DNA of 64,000 bases from the NCBI GenBank assembly GCA_039794425.1, contig JBDIVK010000012.1, forward strand, positions 4,323-68,322, given 5' to 3'. Within the stretch, counting starts at the first letter, position 1, and each line of letters begins with the position of its first letter. This document shows, one piece after another, positions 31,476-40,652 of this stretch. The DNA is from Nitrosomonas sp. Its GTDB lineage: Bacteria > Pseudomonadota > Gammaproteobacteria > Burkholderiales > Nitrosomonadaceae. The position numbers and the translations under genes are program-made. Below the pieces are notes generated by a model. The model was not told where the DNA came from and ran no database searches. It saw nothing but the letters and a program-made list of their open reading frames with translations.

Positions 31476-31518
31476 GAGCTGACGCTGCTCGCGGTACAGC
31501 TTAATTCAGGCGTTATGT
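31476..31518 (+). other. Partial integron attC site (central hairpin, L' and R' boxes)
   Basis: GAGCTGACGCTGCTCGCGGTACAGCTTAATTCAGGCGTTATGT closely resembles the 3' two-thirds of an aadA-type attC. The R'' half is missing. Confidence 0.75.
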
Positions 31519-31520
31519 TT

Positions 31521-31913
31521 TTACAAAGCTGAAACCAATCCGAGATATTTGACAAATGGATCAAAATCTCGATCCAAGTATAGAAGTGGTAGTTGATATT
31601 CTATGCAGTAGGTAGCAATGATGACATCATTTGTTTTGCGGACAGTAATTCCTTTTTTGCGCAAATCTCTATAGTTTTCAGCACATCGCTCAACCATAGA
31701 GCTATTAAAAATAGAATATTGATCAAGCTTTGCTAATCGATCCTTTGCTTGCACATAGTCCTTGTCGTTTTTAAAACCTTGCAGGACCTCCAGGAAGATC
31801 AAATCAGCAATCGCCACGGTACCAGCAAAGAGGGCGGCATCTAGGGTGTCGGTATGCGCATTAATATTGCCGTTAACGTAATCAATCCAAACACTGGTAT
31901 CAGCCAGTATCAT
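31521..31913 (-). CDS. vapC: VapC PIN-domain toxin
   Basis: MILADTSVWID, EVLQGF, RKKGITVRKTNDVIIA and DRDF acidic residues. Confidence 0.92.
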   Translation of the reverse strand: MILADTSVWIDYVNGNINAHTDTLDAALFAGTVAIADLIFLEVLQGFKNDKDYVQAKDRLAKLDQYSIFNSSMVERCAENYRDLRKKGITVRKTNDVIIATYCIEYQLPLLYLDRDFDPFVKYLGLVSAL

Positions 31914-32104
31914 TTGCCTCCTCTCATTTCATCCAAGTCGCCTTCCCACCTAAGCTTGCCTCTCAGCTCACGGATGGCTTGCTGATTACTACGCTGCAGT
32001 ATTAGTTTAAGTCCTTGCTCCACAACCTCTTTTTTCGTTTTAAGGCCGCTTACCTTAATAGCTTCGGCCATCAGTTCATCGTCAATTACAATATTGGTTC
32101 TCAT
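31910..32104 (-). CDS. vapB: VapB antitoxin (RHH, Rv0623/DUF2191-like)
   Basis: MRTNIVIDDELMAEAIKVSGLKTKKEVVEQGL; 4-bp overlap with vapC. Confidence 0.9.
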   Translation of the reverse strand: MRTNIVIDDELMAEAIKVSGLKTKKEVVEQGLKLILQRSNQQAIRELRGKLRWEGDLDEMRGGK

Positions 32105-32114
32105 AAGGCACCTG

Positions 32115-32141
32115 TGTGTATATAATCGTTTAGTATACACA
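32115..32141 (-). promoter_or_regulatory. vapBC promoter with palindromic operator
   Basis: IR TGTGTATA-N11-TATACACA overlapping a minus-strand TATACT -10 (32132-32137). Confidence 0.6.
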
Positions 32142-32153
32142 TTACACAGCAAG

Positions 32154-32185
32154 AAAAACATAACAAGCTACTCAACGGGACCAGT
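32154..32185 (+). other. Left half of the attC site belonging to the vapBC cassette (R'' and L'' boxes; truncated)
   Basis: AAAAACATAAC-AAGCTACTCAACGGGACC. The first 11 nt are the exact reverse complement of GTTATGTTTTT at 31512-31522. Confidence 0.7.
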
Positions 32186-32318
32186 GAGTGTTCACTTTTT
32201 TGATGGAACTCTCCCCTCCGCATGAGTACCTTCAGGTTATTTCCTTCTCGCAATTTATGCCGCAAGGTATTGTCAAATTCCATGCAACATTCAATGCTGA
32301 AATAAAATTGAGACAAGC

Positions 32319-33002
32319 ATGACCCTTAACTACCGCTGGCTTTACGACACAGTACGCAAGCGTTTTGAATCGGACGAGGCGATGGAAGCTTTCCTGCCCA
32401 AAGCGCTTACTTCCGAGGAGTTAAAGCAGAAGGGCGATGATCGCTATCTTTCTGCCATGAGCCAGCGGGTATTTCAGGCCGGTATGCAACACTCGGTGGT
32501 CAACGCCAAGTGGCCTGCCTTTGAAGAAGCCTTCTGGGGCTTTGTACCTGAAACAATGGTGTTGCTCAGCCCGGAGCAGATCGAAGGCTATATGAAAAAT
32601 AACCGAATCATCCGTCATTACACCAAACTGCAAACCATTCCCAGAAATGCCCAGTTTATTCTGGATATTCGCCAGGAACACGGCAGCAGTTTTGGCGAGT
32701 TTATTGCTGACTGGCCGAGTGCTAACATCATCGGCTTATGGCGTTTACTGGCCAAACGCGGTGCTCGCCTGGGCGGGCGCTCGGCTGCCGGATTTTTGCG
32801 TCTGGTCGGGAAGGATACTTTTTTATTGACCAGCGATGTGACTGCACGCCTGATAGCCGCGGGCATTATTGACCATGAACCTACCAGTCAGCGTGATATG
32901 CAAATCGTACAGGATGCTTTCAATGAATTACAGCAAGACTCAGGAAGACTGTTGTGTCAGCTATCGGCCATGCTGTCGTTGAGTATTAATCCGAGGTTTT
33001 AG
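32319..33002 (+). CDS. DNA-3-methyladenine glycosylase I family protein
   Basis: DDRYLSAMSQRVFQAGM, KWPAFEEAF, IIRHYTKLQTI. Confidence 0.8.
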   Translation: MTLNYRWLYDTVRKRFESDEAMEAFLPKALTSEELKQKGDDRYLSAMSQRVFQAGMQHSVVNAKWPAFEEAFWGFVPETMVLLSPEQIEGYMKNNRIIRHYTKLQTIPRNAQFILDIRQEHGSSFGEFIADWPSANIIGLWRLLAKRGARLGGRSAAGFLRLVGKDTFLLTSDVTARLIAAGIIDHEPTSQRDMQIVQDAFNELQQDSGRLLCQLSAMLSLSINPRF

Positions 33003-33086
33003 TGAGAAATTCAGGGCCTGGCCAATACGAGGTACAGTAAATCCTCTCCCAAATGGCACAATTTCTGATCTCAATGGAGGAGTAAC

Positions 33087-33572
33087 ATGACAATACCAGC
33101 AAAAAATACGGTTTGCCTTTGGTACGACGGCTGCGCTGAAGATGCGGCACGGTTTTACGCCGATACCTTTCCCGATTCGTTTGTCGGTGCAGTACATCGC
33201 GCACCGGGAGATTTTCCGTCAGGGAAGAAGGGGGACGTGCTGACCGTCGAATTTACCGTGATGGGCATCCCGTGCCTCGGGCTCAACGGTGGATCGGCAT
33301 TCAAGCACAGCGAGGCATTTTCGTTTCAGGTCGCAACTACTGATCAAGCCGAAACAGATCGCTATTGGAATGCGATCGTCGGCAATGGCGGTCAGGAAAG
33401 TGAATGTGGCTGGTGTAAGGACAAGTGGGGGTTATGCTGGCAGATAACGCCGATCATCCTGATGAAAGCGATCACCGATCCTGATCCCGTTGCTGCCAAG
33501 CGCGCGTTCGATGCAATGATGCAGATGAGAAAAATTGATATCGCCACAATCGAGGCAGCACTTCGTGGTTAA
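33087..33572 (+). CDS. VOC/PhnB-like protein (3-demethylubiquinone-9 3-methyltransferase family)
   Basis: CLWYDGCAEDAARFY, LNGG, CGWCKDKWGLCWQI, MMQMRKIDIA; GGAGG RBS. Confidence 0.88.
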   Translation: MTIPAKNTVCLWYDGCAEDAARFYADTFPDSFVGAVHRAPGDFPSGKKGDVLTVEFTVMGIPCLGLNGGSAFKHSEAFSFQVATTDQAETDRYWNAIVGNGGQESECGWCKDKWGLCWQITPIILMKAITDPDPVAAKRAFDAMMQMRKIDIATIEAALRG

Positions 33573-33655
33573 CATACGGGCAATCTGCTCAGACGCGCAT
33601 ATACGACAAATAACTTAACATTCTGGACTGCTTCTTCGGAATAAAATTTCGGTAG

Positions 33656-33825
33656 TTAAGGAAGCGCTGATTAAATCGATAAATGTCTTTGCGAACACCG
33701 AAGGGGTGAAGCAATCCAGCAGCGATGATGATAAAGGCACTGAATCGCCACGGCCCGGAGGGCCTCGCGAAGACAGGTGGAGGTGGTGTGGCTCGTGATG
33801 ACGGAATAAATCGGTGTTTGCTTAA
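33656..33825. repeat. Degenerate TTAA-bounded inverted-repeat element with internal palindromic unit
   Basis: TTAAGGAAGCGCTGATTAA ... TAAATCGGTGTTTGCTTAA imperfect IR; internal GTCTTTGCGA (33685) ... TCGCGAAGAC (33765-33774). Confidence 0.55.
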
Positions 33826-33969
33826 GGAACCTCTGAAAAACTACCTGCGTTGCCATTTCTGCGTTAAAAATCGGCTTAAAATGCTCATTTATTACGTATA
33901 AACTCCGCTTTTTCGCCGATTTTTGCCTTGAACTGACTGCCTCGCTGACGTTTTTCAGAGGTTCCTTAA
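33822..33969. repeat. MITE-like element, family 2, TTAA-bounded
   Basis: Perfect 20-bp terminal IR TTAAGGAACCTCTGAAAAAC / GTTTTTCAGAGGTTCCTTAA. Confidence 0.85.
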
Positions 33970-34012
33970 CGGGTTATCAGCTTCTGACAACCCGCTTAAT
34001 ACAAACATATCA

Positions 34013-35107
34013 TCAGCCGACCTGATGATTTTTATCCTTTCCATCTGTGTGGTAACGCACACTTTGCGCATGTACTGCTTCAACCAGCGCTTGTGCATTT
34101 TCAGGTGGGGTGAACTGGGAAATGCCGTGTCCCAGGTTGAATACGTGGCCATGGCCGTGGCCGTAACTTGCCAGTATTTTCCCGGCCTCAGCGGCAATTA
34201 CTTCCGGTGAGGAAAACAGCACGGCCGGATCCAGATTCCCCTGCAAAGCTACTTTATCCTGGGTACGCCGACGGGCTTCGCCGATATCGATGGTCCAATC
34301 CAGCCCGATTGCGTCACAACCGCTGGCCATGATGGATTCCAGCCACAACCCGCCACCCTTGGTGAACAGAATATTCGGAATACGCACACCTTCATGTTCA
34401 CGTTTCAGTTCAGCCAGAATCTGCTTCATATAATGTAAGGAAAATTCCTGGTAGGCAGCGTTGGATAACGCTCCACCCCAGCTATCGAAGATCATCACGG
34501 CCTGTGCCCCCGCTTCAATCTGGGCATTAAGATAAGCAGTGACCGCCTGTGCTGTCACGTCAAGGATATGATGCAGCAGATCGGGCCGCGCATACAGCAT
34601 GGTCTTGATTTGGCGAAAATCACTGCTGCCCGCCCCTTCTACCATATAACATGCCAGTGTAAATGGACTGCCGGAAAATCCGATCAGAGGTACCTGGTCA
34701 CATAACGCTTTGCGGATTTGTGTGACGGCATCCAGCACATAACGCAAATGGGTATCCGGATCCGGTACGGTCAACGAGCGAATCTCCCATTCCTCGCGTA
34801 ATGGACGCTCGAAACGCGGCCCCTCGCCCTCAGCAAAATATAGTCCCAGCCCCATCGCATCCGGAATTGTCAGAATATCGGAGAACAGAATCGCCGCATC
34901 GAGCGGAAATCTGGCCAACGGCTGCAAAGTCACTTCCGTCGCAAAATTCGGATTTTTACACAGGGAAAGGAAATCGCCCGCACGTGCCCGGGTCTGGTTG
35001 TATTCCGGCAAATAGCGCCCGGCCTGGCGCATCATCCAGACAGGTGTATAGTCGGTAGGCTGGCGCAGCAATGCGCGGATAAAAGTGTCGTTCTTTGGTT
35101 TGGCCAT
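34013..35107 (-). CDS. hemE: Uroporphyrinogen decarboxylase
   Basis: [33 protein letters not shown]. Confidence 0.97.
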   Translation of the reverse strand: MAKPKNDTFIRALLRQPTDYTPVWMMRQAGRYLPEYNQTRARAGDFLSLCKNPNFATEVTLQPLARFPLDAAILFSDILTIPDAMGLGLYFAEGEGPRFERPLREEWEIRSLTVPDPDTHLRYVLDAVTQIRKALCDQVPLIGFSGSPFTLACYMVEGAGSSDFRQIKTMLYARPDLLHHILDVTAQAVTAYLNAQIEAGAQAVMIFDSWGGALSNAAYQEFSLHYMKQILAELKREHEGVRIPNILFTKGGGLWLESIMASGCDAIGLDWTIDIGEARRRTQDKVALQGNLDPAVLFSSPEVIAAEAGKILASYGHGHGHVFNLGHGISQFTPPENAQALVEAVHAQSVRYHTDGKDKNHQVG

Positions 35108-35188
35108 TGTAAATATATAATTAAATTTCAAAAAATCTGTACGGCAATCAAACCAAGCGCATGCCTGCTTCGCTACCGTGATTAAACT

Positions 35189-37945
35189 TCAACCTAATTT
35201 ATGCAGCTGTTCGTTAAGTTTTTCTAGGGTTGCACTGAACGCAGCCAGCCGGTCTTTTTCCTGCAGCACAACTTTCTCAGGCGCACGCTGGATAAAATCT
35301 GGATTATCCAGTTTCGTTCTGGCCTTACTGATCTCGGCCTCCAATCGAAGTACTTCCTTCCCTAGTCGTTCGCGCTCTGCAGCGACATCCACCTCGATTT
35401 TGAGCATCAATCTGAATTCACTCACGATGGCGACCGGTGCATCGGTATCCGGCAATCCTCCGGGCAGGATATCCACTGCGGATAATCTGGCCAGCGTCAG
35501 CAGATAAGAAGAGAAATCCGCTAACCTGGTGTCGTCACCTTCTATCAGCAGCGGCACACGCTCCGCTGGCGATAATTTCATTTCTCCGCGCAGCGTGCGA
35601 CAGGCATTGATGATCGCCTTGAGCAGCTGAATATCGGCTGCAGCCTGCTCATCGATACGCGTCAGGTCAGCTTGAGGATAGGGCTGGCACATGATACTCG
35701 TGCCGGTTTTACCTGCGAGTGGCGCTACCGCCTGCCAGAGTTCCTCGGTGATGAACGGAATGATCGGATGCGCCAGTCTCAGCATAGCTTCCAAAACACG
35801 CACCAGCGTACGGCGGGTAGCCCGCTGCCGGGCTTCATCCGTACTGCCCAGTTGTACCTTGGCCAGTTCCACATACCAGTCGCAATATTCGTCCCAGACG
35901 AATTCGTACATCTCTCGCGCAGCCAGATCGAAACGGTAATCATTGAAAGCTTGTACCACACCCTGTTCAGCCTGCTGTAAACGGCCGATGATCCATTTAT
36001 CCGCCTGTGAAAAACTGACCGGCAGCGTTTCATCCAATCCGGTATCTTTACCTTCACAGTTCATCAGCACAAAGCGGGTAGCATTCCACAATTTGTTGCA
36101 GAAGTTACGATAGCCCTCACAGCGCTGCAGATCGAATTTGATGTCACGCCCATGTGAAGCCAGGCTGGCAAAAGTGAAACGCAGCGCATCGGTTCCGAAT
36201 GCGGGAATTCCCTGCGGAAACTGCTTGCGCGTGGTTTTCTCGATGGATTCCGCCTGTTTAGGATTCATCAGTCCGGTAGTACGCTTTCTGATCAATTCCG
36301 GCAGTGTCACGCCGTCTATCAGATCAAGCGGATCCAGTACATTGCCTTTGGATTTACTCATCTTCTGGCCTTCTGCATCACGGATCAGACCAGTGATATA
36401 CACTTCCCGAAAGGGAACTTCGCCGGTGAAATGCAGCGACATCATGACCATGCGCGCCACCCAGAAAAAGATGATGTCAAACCCCGTAACCAGTACTGAA
36501 CTGGGTAGAAAAGTTTTGAGTTCAGATGTTTCCTGTGGCCAGCCGAGTGTCGAGAAAGGCCACAGTGCCGAAGAAAACCAGGTATCGAGTACATCCTCAT
36601 CCTGCCGGAGGGTTTCCTTACCGGAGAGTTTTCTGGCTTCTTCCAGATCATGCGCAACCGTCACGTTGCCATCCTCATCGTACCAGGCCGGGATCCGGTG
36701 CCCCCACCACAGCTGTCGTGAAATACACCAGTCCTGAATGTTTTCCAGCCACTGATTATAGACATGCGTCCAGTTCTCAGGCACAAACCGGACTTTGCCA
36801 CTGTCGACTGCCTCCAAACCGCGTTTGGCCAAGCCTTCCATAGCCAGATACCATTGGTCGGTCAGCATCGGTTCGATGACAGTATGAGTCCGATCACCGC
36901 GTGGAACCATCAGTTTATGGGGGCGGGTTTCGACCAGTAATCCCTTGGATTGGAGATCGGCAATCACTTTTTTTCTGGCTTCGAAGCGATCCATGCCCTG
37001 ATATTCAGCAGGCGCACAGTCGTTGATCTTGCCATCCAGCGTAAAAATGTTGAGCGCCACCAGCTTATGCCGTAACCCCACCTGATAATCGTTGAAATCG
37101 TGCGCCGGCGTGATTTTCACACAACCGGTACCAAAAGCAGGGTCGACGTAGGTATCGGCAATAATCGGGATCGTGCGCTCGGACAACGGTAACCGTAAGT
37201 GTCGTCCGATCAAATGTCGGTAGCGTTCATCTTCAGGATGTACGGCAACCGCCATATCCCCCAGCATGGTTTCAGGCCGTGTGGTAGCAACGATCAGACC
37301 TTCATTTCCGCTGCCCCCTTCCGCCTGCTCAAACGGATAGCGGATGTGCCAAAGTGATCCCTGTTCTTCGGTTGAAACCACTTCCAGATCAGAGACTGCC
37401 GTTTGCAGCACAGGATCCCAGTTGACCAGGCGTTTACCACGATAAATCAACCCTTCCCGGTAGAGACGAACGAATACTTCGGTCACTGCACGGGAAAGCG
37501 TTTCATCCATGGTGAATCGTTCGCGCGACCAGTCACAGGAAGCTCCCATCCGCCGCATTTGCCGGGTAATGGTAGAGCCGGACTCCTCTTTCCACTGCCA
37601 GACTCTTTCGAGAAAAGCCTCTCGCCCAATCTGACGACGATTTTTACCTTCCTGATCCAATTGGCGTTCGACTACAATCTGTGTAGCAATCCCAGCATGA
37701 TCGGTACCAGGCTGCCATAATGTATTGTCTCCCAGCATACGGTGATAACGAATCAATGCATCCATCAGGGTATGTTGGAAGGCATGCCCCATATGCAGCG
37801 TACCGGTAACATTGGGGGGCGGTAGCATGATGCAATAGGCCGCAGCATCCTCCCGCTTGGTTGGACTGAAATAACCAGCTGTTTCCCAAGTCGCATACCA
37901 GCGGGTTTCTATGTCCTTGGGATCAAAGCTTTTTGCAAGTTCCAT
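35189..37945 (-). CDS. valS: Valyl-tRNA synthetase
   Basis: [17 protein letters not shown], and a C-terminal coiled coil. Confidence 0.98.
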   Translation of the reverse strand: MELAKSFDPKDIETRWYATWETAGYFSPTKREDAAAYCIMLPPPNVTGTLHMGHAFQHTLMDALIRYHRMLGDNTLWQPGTDHAGIATQIVVERQLDQEGKNRRQIGREAFLERVWQWKEESGSTITRQMRRMGASCDWSRERFTMDETLSRAVTEVFVRLYREGLIYRGKRLVNWDPVLQTAVSDLEVVSTEEQGSLWHIRYPFEQAEGGSGNEGLIVATTRPETMLGDMAVAVHPEDERYRHLIGRHLRLPLSERTIPIIADTYVDPAFGTGCVKITPAHDFNDYQVGLRHKLVALNIFTLDGKINDCAPAEYQGMDRFEARKKVIADLQSKGLLVETRPHKLMVPRGDRTHTVIEPMLTDQWYLAMEGLAKRGLEAVDSGKVRFVPENWTHVYNQWLENIQDWCISRQLWWGHRIPAWYDEDGNVTVAHDLEEARKLSGKETLRQDEDVLDTWFSSALWPFSTLGWPQETSELKTFLPSSVLVTGFDIIFFWVARMVMMSLHFTGEVPFREVYITGLIRDAEGQKMSKSKGNVLDPLDLIDGVTLPELIRKRTTGLMNPKQAESIEKTTRKQFPQGIPAFGTDALRFTFASLASHGRDIKFDLQRCEGYRNFCNKLWNATRFVLMNCEGKDTGLDETLPVSFSQADKWIIGRLQQAEQGVVQAFNDYRFDLAAREMYEFVWDEYCDWYVELAKVQLGSTDEARQRATRRTLVRVLEAMLRLAHPIIPFITEELWQAVAPLAGKTGTSIMCQPYPQADLTRIDEQAAADIQLLKAIINACRTLRGEMKLSPAERVPLLIEGDDTRLADFSSYLLTLARLSAVDILPGGLPDTDAPVAIVSEFRLMLKIEVDVAAERERLGKEVLRLEAEISKARTKLDNPDFIQRAPEKVVLQEKDRLAAFSATLEKLNEQLHKLG

Positions 37946-38016
37946 GGCAATCAGGCAGGTAAATGAATCGAAGAATAAAACCGGCCATTATAGCGAATGA
38001 AGATAGAATTCACGGT

Positions 38017-38397
38017 TTAAAAATTCTTGGGCAACCGTTTTGCCAAAGCCTGGATCAGAGTCAATCGTTCCGCAGGCGTCAGGCTGATCTGTGTTTCTCT
38101 TACCGCAGCGTCGAAAGCAAAATACAGTAACTCGGAAATTTCTGTTTGTGCGGGCCATTCATCTATAGAAAGTGTCACTTTCTCATTCAACACCGGGATC
38201 TCACCGGTATCAGGCGGTGGTTCGGTATCCACCTGAGATGTGTCAACTTCGGAAGCAAGTGCCTCCACGGAAACAGCTTGCTCCGCCGCATGTATGAGAG
38301 ATGAGTATTCCCGCCGATGCCTGCGCAGCATCGAATCCAGTTTATCCAGCAGAATTTCATCTTCCTGTTCTGGAGATTGATCAGATTCGTCTGTCAT
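38017..38397 (-). CDS. Hypothetical acidic protein between holC and valS
   Basis: ORF in the operon context; IPVLNEKV resembles the DUF2486-like proteins usually found at this locus. Confidence 0.6.
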   Translation of the reverse strand: MTDESDQSPEQEDEILLDKLDSMLRRHRREYSSLIHAAEQAVSVEALASEVDTSQVDTEPPPDTGEIPVLNEKVTLSIDEWPAQTEISELLYFAFDAAVRETQISLTPAERLTLIQALAKRLPKNF

Positions 38398-38457
38398 CGA
38401 ATATTTTTCCACTCAGGCCAGCATTTACAAACAACTCCCACATATACCCAGGTGCCT

Positions 38458-38886
38458 CTATCCCCCATCGAGCCGGTGATGGCGTACATCGTGCCCCTGC
38501 TCCTGATAAAACCGGTAACGTTTGCGCGCAAGCTGCTTATCGTTCACTGCTTCGTCGACAATTTCGACAACCCGCTGGAAATACTCAAAACCCGTCGGTA
38601 CGGCACCATCCAGATTCAACAACACATCAAAACTGCCTTCTCCCGTCAGTACAGGTTCGTCGCTCAATATCACTGGCGTCACACCCGCCAGCTTGTCATA
38701 GGCGCGACAATGCGGAACAAAGCTGGTCGGTGAGAACGTCCAGAGTAATTTATCGAACTGCCCGGCCAGCGAGGCATCTGGTATGTGCACAATAGTTCTC
38801 AGACCCTGCTGTACCGCTTTCGCACAAAGACGGCAGGCAATCAGTAATCTATCCGTTGCACCTGTATAAAAGTCAACTTGTGTCAC
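38458..38886 (-). CDS. holC: DNA polymerase III chi subunit
   Basis: MTQVDFY, LDKLLWTF..SFVPH-like motif, ARKRYRFYQEQG; pepA-holC-valS synteny. Confidence 0.93.
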   Translation of the reverse strand: MTQVDFYTGATDRLLIACRLCAKAVQQGLRTIVHIPDASLAGQFDKLLWTFSPTSFVPHCRAYDKLAGVTPVILSDEPVLTGEGSFDVLLNLDGAVPTGFEYFQRVVEIVDEAVNDKQLARKRYRFYQEQGHDVRHHRLDGG

Positions 38887-38906
38887 ACTTACCTGATCGA
38901 TCTACC

Positions 38907-40397
38907 TTAATGCTTGGTGCGGTCTATCAGAAACTGTGTCAGCAGCGGCACCGGACGACCGGTAGAACCTTTTTCTTTACCGGATTTCCAGGCGGTTCCG
39001 GCGATATCCAGATGTGCCCAGCGGAATTTTTCAGTAAAGCGTGCGAGAAAACACGCAGCAGTGATTGCTCCGCCCCAGCGACCACCAATATTGGCCATAT
39101 CGGCAAAATTACTCTTAAGAAGTTCCTGATATTCCTCCCACAGCGGCAGCTGCCAGGCACGATCCGACGCACGTTCCCCCGCCTGTAACAGGTCCTGCAC
39201 AAGCTGCTCATCATTTCCCATCAAACCAGTCACCACATGCCCCAGAGCCACTACACAAGCACCGGTAAGCGTCGCGATATCGACCACCACTTCCGGCTTG
39301 TAACGTTCAGCATAAGTCAACGCATCACACAGAATCAACCGCCCTTCCGCATCGGTATTCAATATTTCGATCGTTTGACCGGAAAGGCTCGTAACGACAT
39401 CGCCCGGTTTAGTGGCATTACCACCCGGCATATTTTCGGTTGCAGGGATAATGCCTATCACATTGACAGGCAATTTCATCTCTGCTACGGCTGTCAGCGT
39501 ACCCAGAACACTTGCTGCTCCACTCATGTCGTATTTCATTTCATCAAGATCAACAGCAGGCTTCAATGAAATACCACCCGTATCAAAAGTCACGCCTTTG
39601 CCAACCAGTACCACCGGTTTTTCTGTATTTTCCCTGCCACGGTATTCCAGCACGATCAGTTTAGCCGGCTGGCGGCTGCCACGTGCTACGGCAAGTAACG
39701 CGCCCATACCGAGCTTTTCCATGTCTTTCTCTTCCAACACGGAAAATTTGAGCTTGAATGTTTTTGCCATATCCTTAGCCTGTTCAGCCAAATAGGAAGG
39801 AGTACAAACATTGGGCGCCAGATTACCCAGATCCTTGGCTACACTCATACCATGCGCGATAGCTGTACCTTGCTGTACTGCCATTTCTGCAACCTCTGTC
39901 GCAGATTTATCGTTAATGAAAATACTTACTTTCGCAAGGGATGGCTGATGTTTATCAGATTTACTTTTCAGGCGATCAAAGCGATAGATGCTCTCCTCTG
40001 CCAGGATAACCGTTTGCCGTACATTCCAGGCAGTATCTCTTTCCTTAACCGGGATATCCGTTATACATAGACCAGCATCCTTCGCACCAGTCTGATGCAA
40101 GGCCTTGAATGCCGTGCGTATTGCTCCGAGCAATATCTTTTCTCCAAACTCCTTCTCTTTACCCAGTCCAACCAGTAACACACGTTTGCTGCCGATATTG
40201 GGAGCACCATGCAGCAACAAAGTCGTATTGGCCTTGCCATCCATATCCCCTTGGTTCACTACCTTACCCAGATAACCCTTGCATGCTTCATCTAAGGATT
40301 TGGCTGCCTCGGTCAGTTTACGAGATTCAAATACACCCACCACAATACAGTCACCACGATATTTTTCCGGGCTACCAGATTTGATTGCAAAGTCCAC
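38907..40397 (-). CDS. pepA: Leucyl aminopeptidase
   Basis: GKGVTFDTGGISLK, MKYDMSGAA, NTDAEGRL. Confidence 0.97.
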   Translation of the reverse strand: MDFAIKSGSPEKYRGDCIVVGVFESRKLTEAAKSLDEACKGYLGKVVNQGDMDGKANTTLLLHGAPNIGSKRVLLVGLGKEKEFGEKILLGAIRTAFKALHQTGAKDAGLCITDIPVKERDTAWNVRQTVILAEESIYRFDRLKSKSDKHQPSLAKVSIFINDKSATEVAEMAVQQGTAIAHGMSVAKDLGNLAPNVCTPSYLAEQAKDMAKTFKLKFSVLEEKDMEKLGMGALLAVARGSRQPAKLIVLEYRGRENTEKPVVLVGKGVTFDTGGISLKPAVDLDEMKYDMSGAASVLGTLTAVAEMKLPVNVIGIIPATENMPGGNATKPGDVVTSLSGQTIEILNTDAEGRLILCDALTYAERYKPEVVVDIATLTGACVVALGHVVTGLMGNDEQLVQDLLQAGERASDRAWQLPLWEEYQELLKSNFADMANIGGRWGGAITAACFLARFTEKFRWAHLDIAGTAWKSGKEKGSTGRPVPLLTQFLIDRTKH

Positions 40398-40652
40398 GTT
40401 TTTACTCCTGTTTTATTTATGAATTTTCAATAACGGATATGAACGGATTATGGCGGTACTCTTCACTTCAAGTCAAAAAAAGCCGGATTCACTTACCACT
40501 TTCCAGAATTTTGCTTCGATTCAGGTCAAACGACCCTATTTTTCCACTCTTTTTTCATATTTTCTCAAGGCCATATCAGGTAGAATTATTTTTCCTGAAA
40601 AAGGCCAGAACAAATAAGCAGATAGGCTATCTATGCCCTCTAAGAAAATAGT

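Noticed and set aside
32186-33600. tag-like and VOC genes as further integron cassettes
   Set aside because: No GTTRRRY/RYYYAAC pairs or attC hairpins were found around them.
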